Both the position numbers and the translations under genes were made by a program. Shown here piece by piece: positions 40,233 through 50,067 of a DNA stretch of 64,000 nucleotides; position 1 is the stretch's first letter; every line of letters starts with the position of its first letter. The notes under the pieces were generated by a model that made no database searches, was not told the origin of the DNA, and was given only the letters and a program-made list of their open reading frames with translations. Origin of the DNA: Polyangiaceae bacterium (lineage in GTDB: Bacteria > Myxococcota_A > Polyangia > Polyangiales > Polyangiaceae); NCBI GenBank assembly GCA_033763455.1, contig JANRKO010000039.1, positions 128,001 to 192,000 of the forward strand, in the 5' to 3' direction.

Positions 40233-40954
40233 TGAACGCTTTGGCTCACCCCTCGCTGCCCCCTGAGGCTCGCTCTACACCAACAGAACTTGAGTCGTTG
40301 GCTTTGCTGCGGCTTATCCAGCTAGCATCTCCCACGTTGCCGATCGGTGCGTACGCCTACTCGCAGGGACTTGAGGCCGCCGTCGAGCAAGGCTCGGTGA
40401 GCTCGGAAGCCGACGCTGTGAAGTGGATAGGTGGTGTCTTGGAGCATGGCCTGCGTGCGCTCGATCTGCCCGTTTTGGCCCGTCTTTATGCCGCTTGGCA
40501 GGCAGAGGACGAAAATCTAGTGCAGCGATGGAGTCAATTTCTTTGCGCGAGCCGCGAATCGCGTGAGCTCTTGCTCGAAGAAGAGCAGCTCGGTGAAAGC
40601 CTCCGGAAGTTGTTGTGTGAGTTGGGCGCCAGCCTGGCCGAGGCGCGCCGCGTACGAGCTACCTACCTCGGCTACTTTGCTCTAGGCGCTGTGCACTTTC
40701 GAGTCCCACTCACGCCTGCCCTCTCAGGTTACTGCTTCGCCTGGGCGGAGCATCAGGTGAGCGCCGCAAGCCGCTTGATCCCGCTGGGCCCCATGGCTAG
40801 CCAACGCCTGCTCTCGCAGATCCTAAGCCTAGTGCCTCGCACCATTGAACGCGCACTCACGCTCGCGGATGAAGGCATCGGTGTCACCCTTCCCCGACAA
40901 GCGATCGGCAGTGCACTCCACGAAACCCAATACACCCGAATCTTTCGCTCCTAG
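40229..40954 (+). CDS. ureF: Urease accessory protein UreF
   Basis: LASPTLPIGAYAYSQGLE, HETQYTRIFRS. Confidence 0.95.
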   Translation: MMNALAHPSLPPEARSTPTELESLALLRLIQLASPTLPIGAYAYSQGLEAAVEQGSVSSEADAVKWIGGVLEHGLRALDLPVLARLYAAWQAEDENLVQRWSQFLCASRESRELLLEEEQLGESLRKLLCELGASLAEARRVRATYLGYFALGAVHFRVPLTPALSGYCFAWAEHQVSAASRLIPLGPMASQRLLSQILSLVPRTIERALTLADEGIGVTLPRQAIGSALHETQYTRIFRS

Positions 40955-41065
40955 GCACCACATGGCTCACTCTCATCTTCCGCTCCCGGGTGCATACTTC
41001 ACACCAGGCACTTCGCTGACGGCGAATGGATACCAGGGCACTTTACCCTCTCGCCTTGAAAGGCT

Positions 41066-41149
41066 CGCCACTCCCCCTAACCTTGCGCGCCTTCGTTCCA
41101 AACCCGCATGGCCCGCCACGCCCGCTAACCTTGCGCGCCTTGGTGCCAA
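41066..41149. repeat. Imperfect 36-bp direct repeat (core CTAACCTTGCGCGCCTT at 41077 and 41125)
   Basis: Exact 17-bp core, 48-bp period, in the ureF-ureG gap. Confidence 0.75.
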
Positions 41150-41205
41150 GCGGCGGCCCCCAAATCCTGAACCTCGTATTTTTTTTCACCACTTAGGAGG
41201 ACCCA

Positions 41206-41841
41206 ATGAAACCAGAACATACACTCAGAATGGGAGTTGGCGGCCCCGTAGGCTCGGGGAAAACCGCGCTGGTAGATGCGCTGTGCAAGAAGCTCCGCAC
41301 CCGCTACCAAATCGCCGTCGTTACTAACGACATTTACACCAAGGAAGACGCCAACTTCCTGATCCGAAGCGGCGCTCTCACCGAAGATCGCATCGTCGGC
41401 GTGGAAACCGGAGGCTGCCCCCACACCGCCATCCGCGAAGACGCCTCCATCAATCTGGCCGCTGTCGACCAAATGATGGAGCGCTTCACTGATCTTGACA
41501 TGATCATCATTGAAAGCGGCGGCGATAATCTGAGCGCTACATTCAGCCCCGAGCTTTCCGACCTCACGCTGTACGTTATCGATGTCGCCGCAGGCGACAA
41601 GATCCCTCGCAAAGGCGGCCCCGGAATCACAAAAAGCGATCTTCTGATTATCAACAAGATCGATCTAGCACCACACGTCGGCGCGTCTTTGGAAGTAATG
41701 CGGCGTGACGCCCTCACCATGCGGGGAGAGCGCCCCTTTATCTTCACGAACATGAAAACGGGCGAGGGGCTGGCTCAGGTCATCGAATTCATCGAAAAGC
41801 GCGGCATGCTGCGCGCCCGCACCGAGGGAGACAGCGCATAA
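41206..41841 (+). CDS. ureG: Urease accessory GTPase UreG
   Basis: [33 protein letters not shown]. Confidence 0.98.
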   Translation: MKPEHTLRMGVGGPVGSGKTALVDALCKKLRTRYQIAVVTNDIYTKEDANFLIRSGALTEDRIVGVETGGCPHTAIREDASINLAAVDQMMERFTDLDMIIIESGGDNLSATFSPELSDLTLYVIDVAAGDKIPRKGGPGITKSDLLIINKIDLAPHVGASLEVMRRDALTMRGERPFIFTNMKTGEGLAQVIEFIEKRGMLRARTEGDSA

Positions 41842-41850
41842 CTACCAGGC

Positions 41851-41900
41851 CACTTTCGCACACGCCCACACTTTCGCACACGCCCACAGTTTCGCTCACG
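41851..41900. repeat. 18-bp tandem repeat CACTTTCGCACACGCCCA (2 copies plus a degenerate third)
   Basis: Read directly from the sequence. Confidence 0.85.
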
Positions 41901-41904
41901 TGCG

Positions 41905-42089
41905 GAGCACCCCTTCAGACTGTTAACAAGTACTTGTCATGACAACTACTTCAGCGCTCCGCTACACCCCTCTTCCGGCGCCGCTCCAGGATTGGCGAAA
42001 CGAGCGCTGGCGAGCACCCCTTCAGACAGTTAACAAGTACTTGTCATGACAACTACTTCAGCGCTCCGCTACACCCCTCTCCCGGCGCC
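41905..42089. repeat. Two copies of a 78-bp element (41905-41982, 42012-42089) with a palindromic AT-rich core
   Basis: 76/78 identical by manual comparison; core GTTAACAAGTACTTGTCATGACAA. Confidence 0.9.
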
Positions 42090-42112
42090 AGCTTGGCCAC
42101 GGAGCCTCACCC

Positions 42113-42805
42113 TCATACCACTAAGTAGCGCTGTATTAGGGCGTCATCGAGTTCCTCGATCTTCCCACTCGCTACCGAGCGCCCGCGATCCAAGATCGAG
42201 AACTGTGAAGCTACGCGACGAGCAAACTTGAGCTTCTGCTCCACGAGCAATACGGTGAGCCCCTCGGCCTGAAGCTTGAGCAACACGTCTCCAATTTGCT
42301 GCACAATGTTTGGCTGGATCCCTTCGGTGGGTTCGTCCAAGATCAAGAGCTTCGGGTCAAGTGCGAGAGCACGCCCGATCGCTAGCTGCTGCTGTTGGCC
42401 GCCCGAAAGATCGCCACCGCGGCGCTTCAGCATCGTCTTTAAGATCGGAAAAAGCTCCATGATCTTCTCTGGGAGCTTCTTTTTGCCATCGCGCCTTGCG
42501 GAGAGCCCTATCCGTAGGTTCTCTTCAACGGTGAGCTGCGAGAATATCTCGCGGCCTTGTGGCACAAACCCGATTCCGCGGCGCGCCCGTTCTTCAGGCG
42601 GCGATTTGCTCAAATCTTTCCCCTCGAATTCTACCGTGCCAGAGGCCACGCGCAGGCCCCCCATGATGCTCTTGAGGAGTGTCGTTTTCCCCACGCCGTT
42701 GCGCCCCATCAAACACGTGCACTGCCCCACCGGAACGTCGAGCCCCACGTCCCAAAGGGTATGGCTCTCACCGTAGAATTGATTGAGTGCTTGGATCTTC
42801 AACAC
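42113..42805 (-). CDS. urtE: Urea ABC transporter ATPase UrtE
   Basis: YGESHTL, GRNGVGKT, LSGGQQQQLAI, DEPTEGIQP. Confidence 0.95.
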   Translation of the reverse strand: MLKIQALNQFYGESHTLWDVGLDVPVGQCTCLMGRNGVGKTTLLKSIMGGLRVASGTVEFEGKDLSKSPPEERARRGIGFVPQGREIFSQLTVEENLRIGLSARRDGKKKLPEKIMELFPILKTMLKRRGGDLSGGQQQQLAIGRALALDPKLLILDEPTEGIQPNIVQQIGDVLLKLQAEGLTVLLVEQKLKFARRVASQFSILDRGRSVASGKIEELDDALIQRYLVV

Positions 42806-42808
42806 GGC

Positions 42809-43741
42809 TCATTCCCCTAAGTAAACTTCGATCACCTTTGGGTCGCTTTGCACCTGACTCATGGAGCCTTCCGCTAATACACGCCCTTCGTGAAGCACAG
42901 TGACGGTATCGCCCGCGATGCTCCGCACAAAGTCCATGTCGTGCTCAACGACCACCACGGTGTGCTTTCCAGCCAGAGATTTAAGCAACTCCGCAGTGCG
43001 TTCTACCTCTTGGTGGCTCATCCCAGCGATGGGCTCATCCACCAACAACAAGCGTGGATCGAGCACCAGGAGCATCCCAATTTCTAACCACTGCTTCTGA
43101 CCATGGGAGAGAAGCCCGGCCAAAACGTCTCGCTCAGCAGACAACCCTACGAGCTGCAACACCTCATCCAGCTTGTCTTGCCAAGGCCCACGGCGAGGGG
43201 CAAATAAGGTCTGAAAGACGCCCTTTTTGGCCTTGAGCGCGATCTCTAGGTTTTCAACCACGGAGTGCTGCCCAAAGACGGTAGGACGCTGAAACTTGCG
43301 ACCAATCCCTCTGTGAACGATCTCGTGCTCGGCAAGCGTGGTCAGATCTGTCGCCTCGCCAACAAAGAAGACGCTCCCCTCATCTGGTCTCGTCTTGCCT
43401 GTGATGACGTCCATTAGCGTGCTCTTCCCAGCGCCGTTGGGCCCGATGATACACCGGAGCTCCCCATCGTCGAAGATGAGCGTCAAGTCGGTGAGTGCGC
43501 GAAAGCCATCAAAGCTTACGCTCACGTTGTCCACACAGAGCAACGCATTGGCGCGGTGCTGCCGTACGGCTGCTTGGCGCTCGGTGCTTACGGTATTCGC
43601 ATTTCTGAGCGGCCAGAGCGACTGCCTTTCCTTTTTAACTGGTAACGACGGAGCCTGCGAGGGCAACTTTCGTTCCGCTTCCGCCGACTGGACTGATAGC
43701 TCGGACGACTCAAACAGTGCTTTTTTCTCCACTGCACTCAT
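42809..43741 (-). CDS. urtD: Urea ABC transporter ATPase UrtD, with an approximately 60-aa N-terminal extension
   Basis: VSFDGFRAL, GIGRKFQ.P, LSHGQKQWLEIGM; ATGA overlap with urtC. Confidence 0.93.
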   Translation of the reverse strand: MSAVEKKALFESSELSVQSAEAERKLPSQAPSLPVKKERQSLWPLRNANTVSTERQAAVRQHRANALLCVDNVSVSFDGFRALTDLTLIFDDGELRCIIGPNGAGKSTLMDVITGKTRPDEGSVFFVGEATDLTTLAEHEIVHRGIGRKFQRPTVFGQHSVVENLEIALKAKKGVFQTLFAPRRGPWQDKLDEVLQLVGLSAERDVLAGLLSHGQKQWLEIGMLLVLDPRLLLVDEPIAGMSHQEVERTAELLKSLAGKHTVVVVEHDMDFVRSIAGDTVTVLHEGRVLAEGSMSQVQSDPKVIEVYLGE

Positions 43742-44850
43742 GCCGCTGCCACCTTCTTCTTGCGCCGAGCCATGACCCCACCGAGGAGCCCTTTGGGCAA
43801 GAACAGCGTGACCAAGATGAACAACATACCGAGGAAATACAGCCAAATCTCCGGGAAAGAGCCCGTGAGCCAACTCTTGGCACCATTGACAACTGCCGCA
43901 CCGAGCGCCGCCCCCACCAGCGTAGAGCGCCCACCCACGGCGACCCAAATGGCCATCTCAATCGAATTGGCCGGTTGCATCTCGCCTGGGTTGATGATGC
44001 CAACTTGGGGCACGTACAAGGCTCCTGCCAAGCCGCACACCACCGCTGAAAGCGTCCAGGCAAAGAGCTTGTAGGTCAGTGGGTTGTAGCCCGAAAGCGC
44101 CACCTTAGATTCATCGTCTCGCACGGCCCTCAACACCATCCCAGCCTTGCTGGTGACGATATATCGGAAGATCAGATACATCACCAACAGCGCCACCACT
44201 GAGATCACGTAGAGCGCTACCTTCGTGCTCTCTGCTGCGAGCGGCCAACCGTAGATACGCTTAAAATCGGTAAGCCCGTTGTTGCCACCGAACCCCGTTT
44301 CGTTGCGAAAGAAGAGCAGCATGAACGCAAACGTCATGGCCTGCGTAATAATCGAGAAATAGACCCCCCGAATGCGAGACCTGAATGCAAAATACCCGAA
44401 CACGAATGCCAAAACGCCAGGCACCAGGAGCGCCATCGCTATCGCAAAGAAGAAGTTGTCAAAACCTAGCCAAAACCAAGGCAATTCCTTCCAATCAAGG
44501 AACACCATGAAATCTGGCAAGCGGCTGCGGTACACACCTTGGCCTGCTATCTCCAGCATCAGGTGCATGCCCATTGCGTAGCCTCCGAGCGCAAAGAACA
44601 CGCCGTGCCCAAGGCTGAGAATTCCCGTAAACCCCCAAATGAGATCCATGGCCAATGCAACAAGTGCGTAGCAGGCAAACTTCCCAAGGATAGTTACGAT
44701 GTACGTAGGTATGTGAAGCGGCGAGGCTTCCGAGAGCTCTAGATTCAGCACGGGTACTAACACTGCTAGAAGGAGCAGCACTCCGAGCCAGATCGAGAGC
44801 CCACGGCGTGAATGAATGCGGTTGAGCACGCTCAGCATTTTCTGCGTCAC
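43738..44850 (-). CDS. urtC: Urea ABC transporter permease UrtC
   Basis: LPDFM, GVYFSIITQA, GGNNGLTDF, PQVGIINP. Confidence 0.95.
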   Translation of the reverse strand: MTQKMLSVLNRIHSRRGLSIWLGVLLLLAVLVPVLNLELSEASPLHIPTYIVTILGKFACYALVALAMDLIWGFTGILSLGHGVFFALGGYAMGMHLMLEIAGQGVYRSRLPDFMVFLDWKELPWFWLGFDNFFFAIAMALLVPGVLAFVFGYFAFRSRIRGVYFSIITQAMTFAFMLLFFRNETGFGGNNGLTDFKRIYGWPLAAESTKVALYVISVVALLVMYLIFRYIVTSKAGMVLRAVRDDESKVALSGYNPLTYKLFAWTLSAVVCGLAGALYVPQVGIINPGEMQPANSIEMAIWVAVGGRSTLVGAALGAAVVNGAKSWLTGSFPEIWLYFLGMLFILVTLFLPKGLLGGVMARRKKKVAAA

Positions 44851-46454
44851 GCCTCCGCGGCGCGCCCCTTGAGAGCAAATATTCCTTGGGGGCGCTTCTG
44901 AATGAATAGGATCAATAGCACTAAGAGCAATATCTTACCCAAGACCGCCCCAGCCACGGGTTCGAGAAACTTGGATGTAAGGCCGAGCCCCAACGCGCCA
45001 CAAACCGTGCCCAACACACTGCCCACACCACCCACCACCACCACCATGAAAGAATCCACGATGAAGCTTTGGCCGAGCTCGGGCCCCACATTACCAAGCT
45101 GAGAAAGCGCCACACCCCCGAGCCCCGCGACCCCAGAACCAAGCCCAAATGTCCACATATCCACCCGGCGCGTGGAGATCCCAAGCGCTGCCGCCATAGC
45201 TCGATTTTGAGTAACAGCGCGCACCTTGAGCCCAAGGCTTGTTCGCTGGAGCAACAGATATACAAAGGTTACCACCACCAACACAAAGGCAATCACCAGT
45301 AGCCGACTGTAGGGTAACACCACAGTGGGTAGAAGCTCGAAGCCTCCACTCAACCATTCTGGGTTTGCCACCGTTACGTTTTGCGCACCAAAGATGAGCC
45401 TCACCGTTTGAATAAGAAGTAAGCTAAGGCCAAAGGTTGCAAGTAAGGTCTCTAGCGGGCGCCCGTAGAGAAAACGAATCACGGTGCGCTCCAATATTAT
45501 GCCAACAAGCGTGCACACGGCGAAGGCCACGGGCACCGCGAGGATCAGGTAATACTCCTTGAGCCCCGGCGCGGATTTTGCGAGCACGTTTTGCACAACA
45601 AACGTAGAGTAGGCTCCTATCATCAGCATTTCGCCGTGCGCCATGTTGATCACTCGCATCAGCCCAAAAGTTATCGCCAACCCGAGAGCGGCGAGCAATA
45701 GCACGCTTCCTAGACTCAAGCCATAAAAGAGGTTGCCTACCAAATTGGTGAAGAATAGCTTCGTTTCGATGCGGCTGAGTGCTTCCTTGGCTGCCGCACG
45801 CACGGACGCGTCCGACTCGTTAAATACTCCACCCCCTCCTTTGAGTGTTAACGCTTCAAACGTGGAACGCATTCGCACATCTCCTCCGAGCACCTTCACG
45901 GCATTGAGCCGTTTCTTCGCGTCGGAGCTCACCAGGTTGAGCTTGGCGAGGCCCTGCAAAACCAGCGCGCGAATTTCTGCATCTTGCTCCGCGCGGCTCG
46001 CCTGTTCGAGAACGGGCTCCATTCCACTGGGTGGATCTTTAGCAATCTCCTGCGCGGCGTCGTACCGCACCGAACGATCCGGCGAGAGCAACCGGAGCCG
46101 AGCGAGTGCGGTAGAAAGTGCTCGCCTGGCCCTATTGTTAAGAACTGGAGCCCGCGTAAAGCTCGGGGGTTGCGCGGCTTCGAACGTTCTGGCGTCCAGC
46201 CACCGATGGTTGATTCGCACATAAACTCTCCCCTCTCCCACTTTGAGCTCTTCCCGTTCAAGCGCCAAAAGTAACTGAAAAGCCTTAGGATCGGCGGACA
46301 CTCCTAGCTCGGTAACCACCGCCGCAACGTCGGGATCTGCACCCGCCAACTGTTCCACCACCTGCGGCAAATCAGCCCCGAAGGCGCTGTGCGTGAAGCA
46401 ACATTGCGCGACGAGCAGTTGCACCAAGATCGCCAGGAGTCGTAGAAAATGCAT
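44847..46454 (-). CDS. urtB: Urea ABC transporter permease UrtB (long form with periplasmic HEAT-like domain)
   Basis: INMAHGE, RPLETLLAT, DSFMVVV.GG; ATG with GGAGG RBS. Confidence 0.95.
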   Translation of the reverse strand: MHFLRLLAILVQLLVAQCCFTHSAFGADLPQVVEQLAGADPDVAAVVTELGVSADPKAFQLLLALEREELKVGEGRVYVRINHRWLDARTFEAAQPPSFTRAPVLNNRARRALSTALARLRLLSPDRSVRYDAAQEIAKDPPSGMEPVLEQASRAEQDAEIRALVLQGLAKLNLVSSDAKKRLNAVKVLGGDVRMRSTFEALTLKGGGGVFNESDASVRAAAKEALSRIETKLFFTNLVGNLFYGLSLGSVLLLAALGLAITFGLMRVINMAHGEMLMIGAYSTFVVQNVLAKSAPGLKEYYLILAVPVAFAVCTLVGIILERTVIRFLYGRPLETLLATFGLSLLLIQTVRLIFGAQNVTVANPEWLSGGFELLPTVVLPYSRLLVIAFVLVVVTFVYLLLQRTSLGLKVRAVTQNRAMAAALGISTRRVDMWTFGLGSGVAGLGGVALSQLGNVGPELGQSFIVDSFMVVVVGGVGSVLGTVCGALGLGLTSKFLEPVAGAVLGKILLLVLLILFIQKRPQGIFALKGRAAEA

Positions 46455-46569
46455 ATTCCTCCAAAGTGCACAGGGTTCCACCCGTTCACCCGTGGGTGCG
46501 CTCGATGTTCGCGCGCACGCCACGGATGGGGCCTCTCAATGGGCGAGGCGAGAAGCGTCGTGGGGACGC

Positions 46570-47946
46570 TTACATGGGCTTGTATTTCGCGCTCGTGCAG
46601 TTGCCGCAAACCCAAGGGAACGACCAATCTGCGACTTTGTCTTTACTGTCAGGCACGTATTTGCTCCAAGGCTCCGCACGAATCGGCCCTTCCGTCTTCC
46701 AGACGATTTCAAACTGGCCGTCCGCACGGACCTCTGCGATATAAACAGGCTTGATCAGATGGTGGTTCTTACCATCCATCACCGCATCGAACCCTGAAGG
46801 CGCCTTCACGGTTTGCCCGCCTACAGCCTGTCGAACGGCGTTCACATCCGTAGTGCCAGCCTGCGCCACAGCCTGCGCCCACATCTTGATACCGATGTAT
46901 GTGGCCTCCATAGGATCATTGGTAACCCGCTTGTCTCCATCCGGAAGGTTCTTAGCCTTCACGTAATCCTTCCAAGACTGGATGAACGCCTTATTTTCAG
47001 GGTTATCAATCGACATGAAGTAATTCCACGCTGCCAGGTGGCCCACGAGCGGCTTGGTATCGATACCGCGCAACTCCTCTTCACCGACTGAGAAGGCAAC
47101 CACGGGAATGTCTTCAGCCTTGAGGCCCTGATTAGCGAGCTCCTTGTAGAAGGGAACGTTGGAGTCGCCGTTGATAGTGGAGATAACTGCTGTGCGTTTG
47201 CCCGCCGCGAACTTTTTGATGTCCGCCACGATTGTTTGGTAGTCGCTGTGACCAAACGGTGTGTACTTCTCCATGATGTCTTCATCCGCAATCTTCTGGT
47301 CTTTCAGGAAGTAGCGGAGGATCTTGTTGGTGGTGCGCGGGTACACATAATCTGTGCCCAGAAGTACAAAGCGCTTCGCACCGCCACCTTTGGCACTCAT
47401 GAGGTATTCGAGAGCCGGGATCGCCTGTTGATTCGGCGCCGCTCCGGTGTAAAAAACGTTGAACGAGGATTCTTCTCCTTCGTACTGAACCGGATAGAAC
47501 AGAAGACCGTTCAACTCTTCAAACACGGGGAGCACGCTCTTTCGGGACACACTCGTCCAGCAGCCAAACACCACCGCCACTTTCTTGTTGAGCAACTCCC
47601 GAGCTTTCTCGGCAAATAGCGGCCAATTCGAAGCGGGATCGACCACCACTGGCTCAAGCTGCCGGCCGAGCACACCACCTTTGGCGTTGATCTGTTCGAT
47701 GGTCATCAACGCCACATCCTTAAGGGATGTTTCGCTAATCGCCATCGTGCCGGATAGGGAGTGCAAGATGCCAACTTTGATGGGCCCCTTGTCGTCGGCC
47801 ACGGGGGCGGGAGCCGGGGCAGCTTCAGCCGGTGCCGCCGAGGCGCTTGCAGCGGCCTGAGTGGGGGTAGAGTCGGCAGCGGGCCCTTTACAGCCCAGAC
47901 TCATCATCCCCGAAAACGCTAGTGTTAAGAGCAGCCTTCTTTTCAT
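46570..47946 (-). CDS. urtA: Urea ABC transporter substrate-binding protein UrtA
   Basis: HSLSGTMAISE, CWTSVSRKSV, YPVQYEG, DYVYPRTTN. Confidence 0.97.
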   Translation of the reverse strand: MKRRLLLTLAFSGMMSLGCKGPAADSTPTQAAASASAAPAEAAPAPAPVADDKGPIKVGILHSLSGTMAISETSLKDVALMTIEQINAKGGVLGRQLEPVVVDPASNWPLFAEKARELLNKKVAVVFGCWTSVSRKSVLPVFEELNGLLFYPVQYEGEESSFNVFYTGAAPNQQAIPALEYLMSAKGGGAKRFVLLGTDYVYPRTTNKILRYFLKDQKIADEDIMEKYTPFGHSDYQTIVADIKKFAAGKRTAVISTINGDSNVPFYKELANQGLKAEDIPVVAFSVGEEELRGIDTKPLVGHLAAWNYFMSIDNPENKAFIQSWKDYVKAKNLPDGDKRVTNDPMEATYIGIKMWAQAVAQAGTTDVNAVRQAVGGQTVKAPSGFDAVMDGKNHHLIKPVYIAEVRADGQFEIVWKTEGPIRAEPWSKYVPDSKDKVADWSFPWVCGNCTSAKYKPM

Positions 47947-48124
47947 AACGATCCTCGCTTTCGCTGCCGACAAGGTCAGCAGCCAGCTCCTTTTGTTGAA
48001 GCCCCAATGCTCCCCAGAATCTGGATTTTCATAAGCTCTCCTCCGTTGCTCAAAGCGTTCGTTTCAAGTTGGTGAGTCGACAGCCATCAAGCTGCCGACA
48101 TGTGCGCACCATTCTCGACCTGCA

Positions 48125-48148
48125 GTTTCTCAATCGTTTCGAAACGAT
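48125..48148 (-). promoter_or_regulatory. GAAAC-N6-GAAAC box overlapping the perfect palindrome ATCGTTTCGAAACGAT, upstream of urtA
   Basis: Box at 48125-48140 (minus strand), palindrome at 48133-48148. Confidence 0.6.
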
Positions 48149-48193
48149 GTAGCTGGCGATTTGTTGGGGCGCCGACTGGCCACGCTTGAGCAA

Positions 48194-49924
48194 CTATTCC
48201 GGCCGGCCAGCTCTAAATGCACGCCAGCCGCCAAATTCACTGATATTGCGTGCGCCTTCCAGCGCGTAGCTTTCGCAGTTGAAACCCTTCACCTGGGTAC
48301 CGTCCGATAGTGTGGTAACGCCGATCGTCATAGGCTCCGGCACCTGTGCCACGAAGGACCCAAAAGCCTCTGCGCTGAGCTCCCACACTTCGACTTCGAT
48401 GGCGTGCCCCGCCTTCCCTGGTGTGCGCACCAGCCCCGGCTTAGGCGGCGTGGTTGCCAAGGCAAAAAGCTGATAATCTGAACTTGTTTTGCAAGTTTGT
48501 ATGCGGCGTGCTCCCCGCGACGTGAGCTCGTGATTCAACGGTTGCCCGCTCAGGTGCGCCCCCGCAACGGCCAACCACACCGCGCCAGTGCTCCGCTCTC
48601 GCTTAGAGCCTTCGCCCAAGAAACGCTCGCCCAATTCGAGGAGCCGAGGCTCAGCAAATGCAGGGCCCATGAGCGTTACCCCGAACGGCAGACCGTTCTT
48701 TCGAAACCCAGCTGGGATGGCGAGCGCTGACAGATCCAGCAAATTCACGAAGTTGGTATAAGTACCAAGGCGCGCGTTCAGGGTTATCGGATCTGAAAGG
48801 ACCTCCGCCACCCGATAGTGCGTGGGCGCCGTAGGCAACAAGAGAGCATCAAAATGGGCCAAAATGGGCGCAATCTGCAGCTTCAATTCGCTCAGGCGGT
48901 GTTGAGCCCGAAAGGTGTCCACCGCCGTATGGCGATGCCCGCCGAGCAATATTTCGTGCACCACAGAGTCCATACCGGCCGGCGCACTTTTTAAGAACGA
49001 TTCCAACGGAGCTAACCGCTCGGCCACCCATGGCCCAGAATACAGGAGACGAGCCGCTTCAAGAAAAGGCTCTAAACTGAAGCTCTCAATCTTCCAACCG
49101 AGGCCCTGCGCTTGCTTAACCGCAGCAGCAAACAGCTCCGCGCTTTCCGAGTCTCCGAAAAATTCCAAATCCTCGGTTCGTGGCACGGCAAGGCGCGCTA
49201 GCCCATCCCCCAGGCCCACACAAAAAGAAGCCGGGCGGGCAAATGGATCTAGCGGAACGACACCACTTACGAGGTTAAGTAGGAGCTTTGCATCCGCCAC
49301 GGAGTGTGCGAACAAAGAAACACAATCCAGCGAGCGGCAGGCTGGCACCACACCGCGCGTGCTCACCAAACCTCGCGTCGGCTTTAGCCCCACCAAGTTA
49401 TTGAAGGATGCAGGCACTCGCCCGGACCCAGCTGTGTCCGTACCTAGCGAAAATGTGGACAAACCTAGCGCCACGCTCACCGCGGAGCCCGAACTTGAAC
49501 CCCCGGAAATGTAGTCCGAATTGAACACCGAGCGACACTCGCCGTAAGGGCTGCGCGTGCCGACAAGGCCAGTAGCGAACTGATCCATATTGGTTTTCCC
49601 GACCACGATGGCACCTGCCTGGCAAAGGCGTTCAACCACGGGGGCATTTTCGGTCGGGAAGTATTTGAAGCTTGGGCAAGCAGCCGTAGTTGGCAGGCCA
49701 CGCACATCAATGTTGTCTTTGACGGAAAACGGGACGCCATAAAGGGGCAGCGATGGGTCCCTTTGGGTGAGCGCCTCCAACATAGACTCCAGCGAGAAGC
49801 TGGAGATGAACGCGTTTTGAGCAGAAGCGGCCGCAACACCTTCGGCAACCTCTTCAAGGGCCTCGCGAGGACTTTTGTTCCCGGAGCGGTACGACCCAAC
49901 TAGCTCCGATATCTTGGTTTTCAT
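48194..49924 (-). CDS. atzF: Allophanate hydrolase
   Basis: Amidase signature VKDNID, KTNMDQFATGLVGTRSPYG, GGSSSGS, GTDTAGSGRVPA; C-terminal domain GAHLSGQPLN. Confidence 0.95.
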   Translation of the reverse strand: MKTKISELVGSYRSGNKSPREALEEVAEGVAAASAQNAFISSFSLESMLEALTQRDPSLPLYGVPFSVKDNIDVRGLPTTAACPSFKYFPTENAPVVERLCQAGAIVVGKTNMDQFATGLVGTRSPYGECRSVFNSDYISGGSSSGSAVSVALGLSTFSLGTDTAGSGRVPASFNNLVGLKPTRGLVSTRGVVPACRSLDCVSLFAHSVADAKLLLNLVSGVVPLDPFARPASFCVGLGDGLARLAVPRTEDLEFFGDSESAELFAAAVKQAQGLGWKIESFSLEPFLEAARLLYSGPWVAERLAPLESFLKSAPAGMDSVVHEILLGGHRHTAVDTFRAQHRLSELKLQIAPILAHFDALLLPTAPTHYRVAEVLSDPITLNARLGTYTNFVNLLDLSALAIPAGFRKNGLPFGVTLMGPAFAEPRLLELGERFLGEGSKRERSTGAVWLAVAGAHLSGQPLNHELTSRGARRIQTCKTSSDYQLFALATTPPKPGLVRTPGKAGHAIEVEVWELSAEAFGSFVAQVPEPMTIGVTTLSDGTQVKGFNCESYALEGARNISEFGGWRAFRAGRPE

Positions 49925-50007
49925 GGACGTTTCTTCTTGGGGAGTTCTAGCAGAGCGGCGTCACCATCAAAATCGTAATCGTGCTTTCGAGAACAGTTTA
50001 TCGCCAG

Positions 50008-50023
50008 GAAAACGCCCGGAAAC
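50008..50023 (+). promoter_or_regulatory. GAAAA-N6-GAAAC box between divergent atzF and trtA
   Basis: One mismatch to the shared box. Confidence 0.45.
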
Positions 50024-50067
50024 GATCAGAGAGAGAACCTCTTGCCAAGCCAAGACTCCGCACTCTC

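Noticed and set aside
40845..41327. ORF spanning the ureF-ureG gap
   Set aside because: Overlaps both genes, has low-complexity composition and no recognisable motif.
41851..42089. Possible CRISPR array
   Set aside because: Only two 78-bp units plus spacer-less 18-bp tandems; wrong geometry and no cas genes in the window.
42809..43948. Longer ORF-track starts for urtD (also urtB, trtA, porin, fusA)
   Set aside because: They overlap neighbouring genes or lack an RBS; downstream starts with an RBS, stop-start overlap or family-typical N-terminus were preferred.
48102..48124. NtrC-like site upstream of urtA (GCACCATT)
   Set aside because: Only a half match, and I found no convincing sigma54 -24/-12 element.
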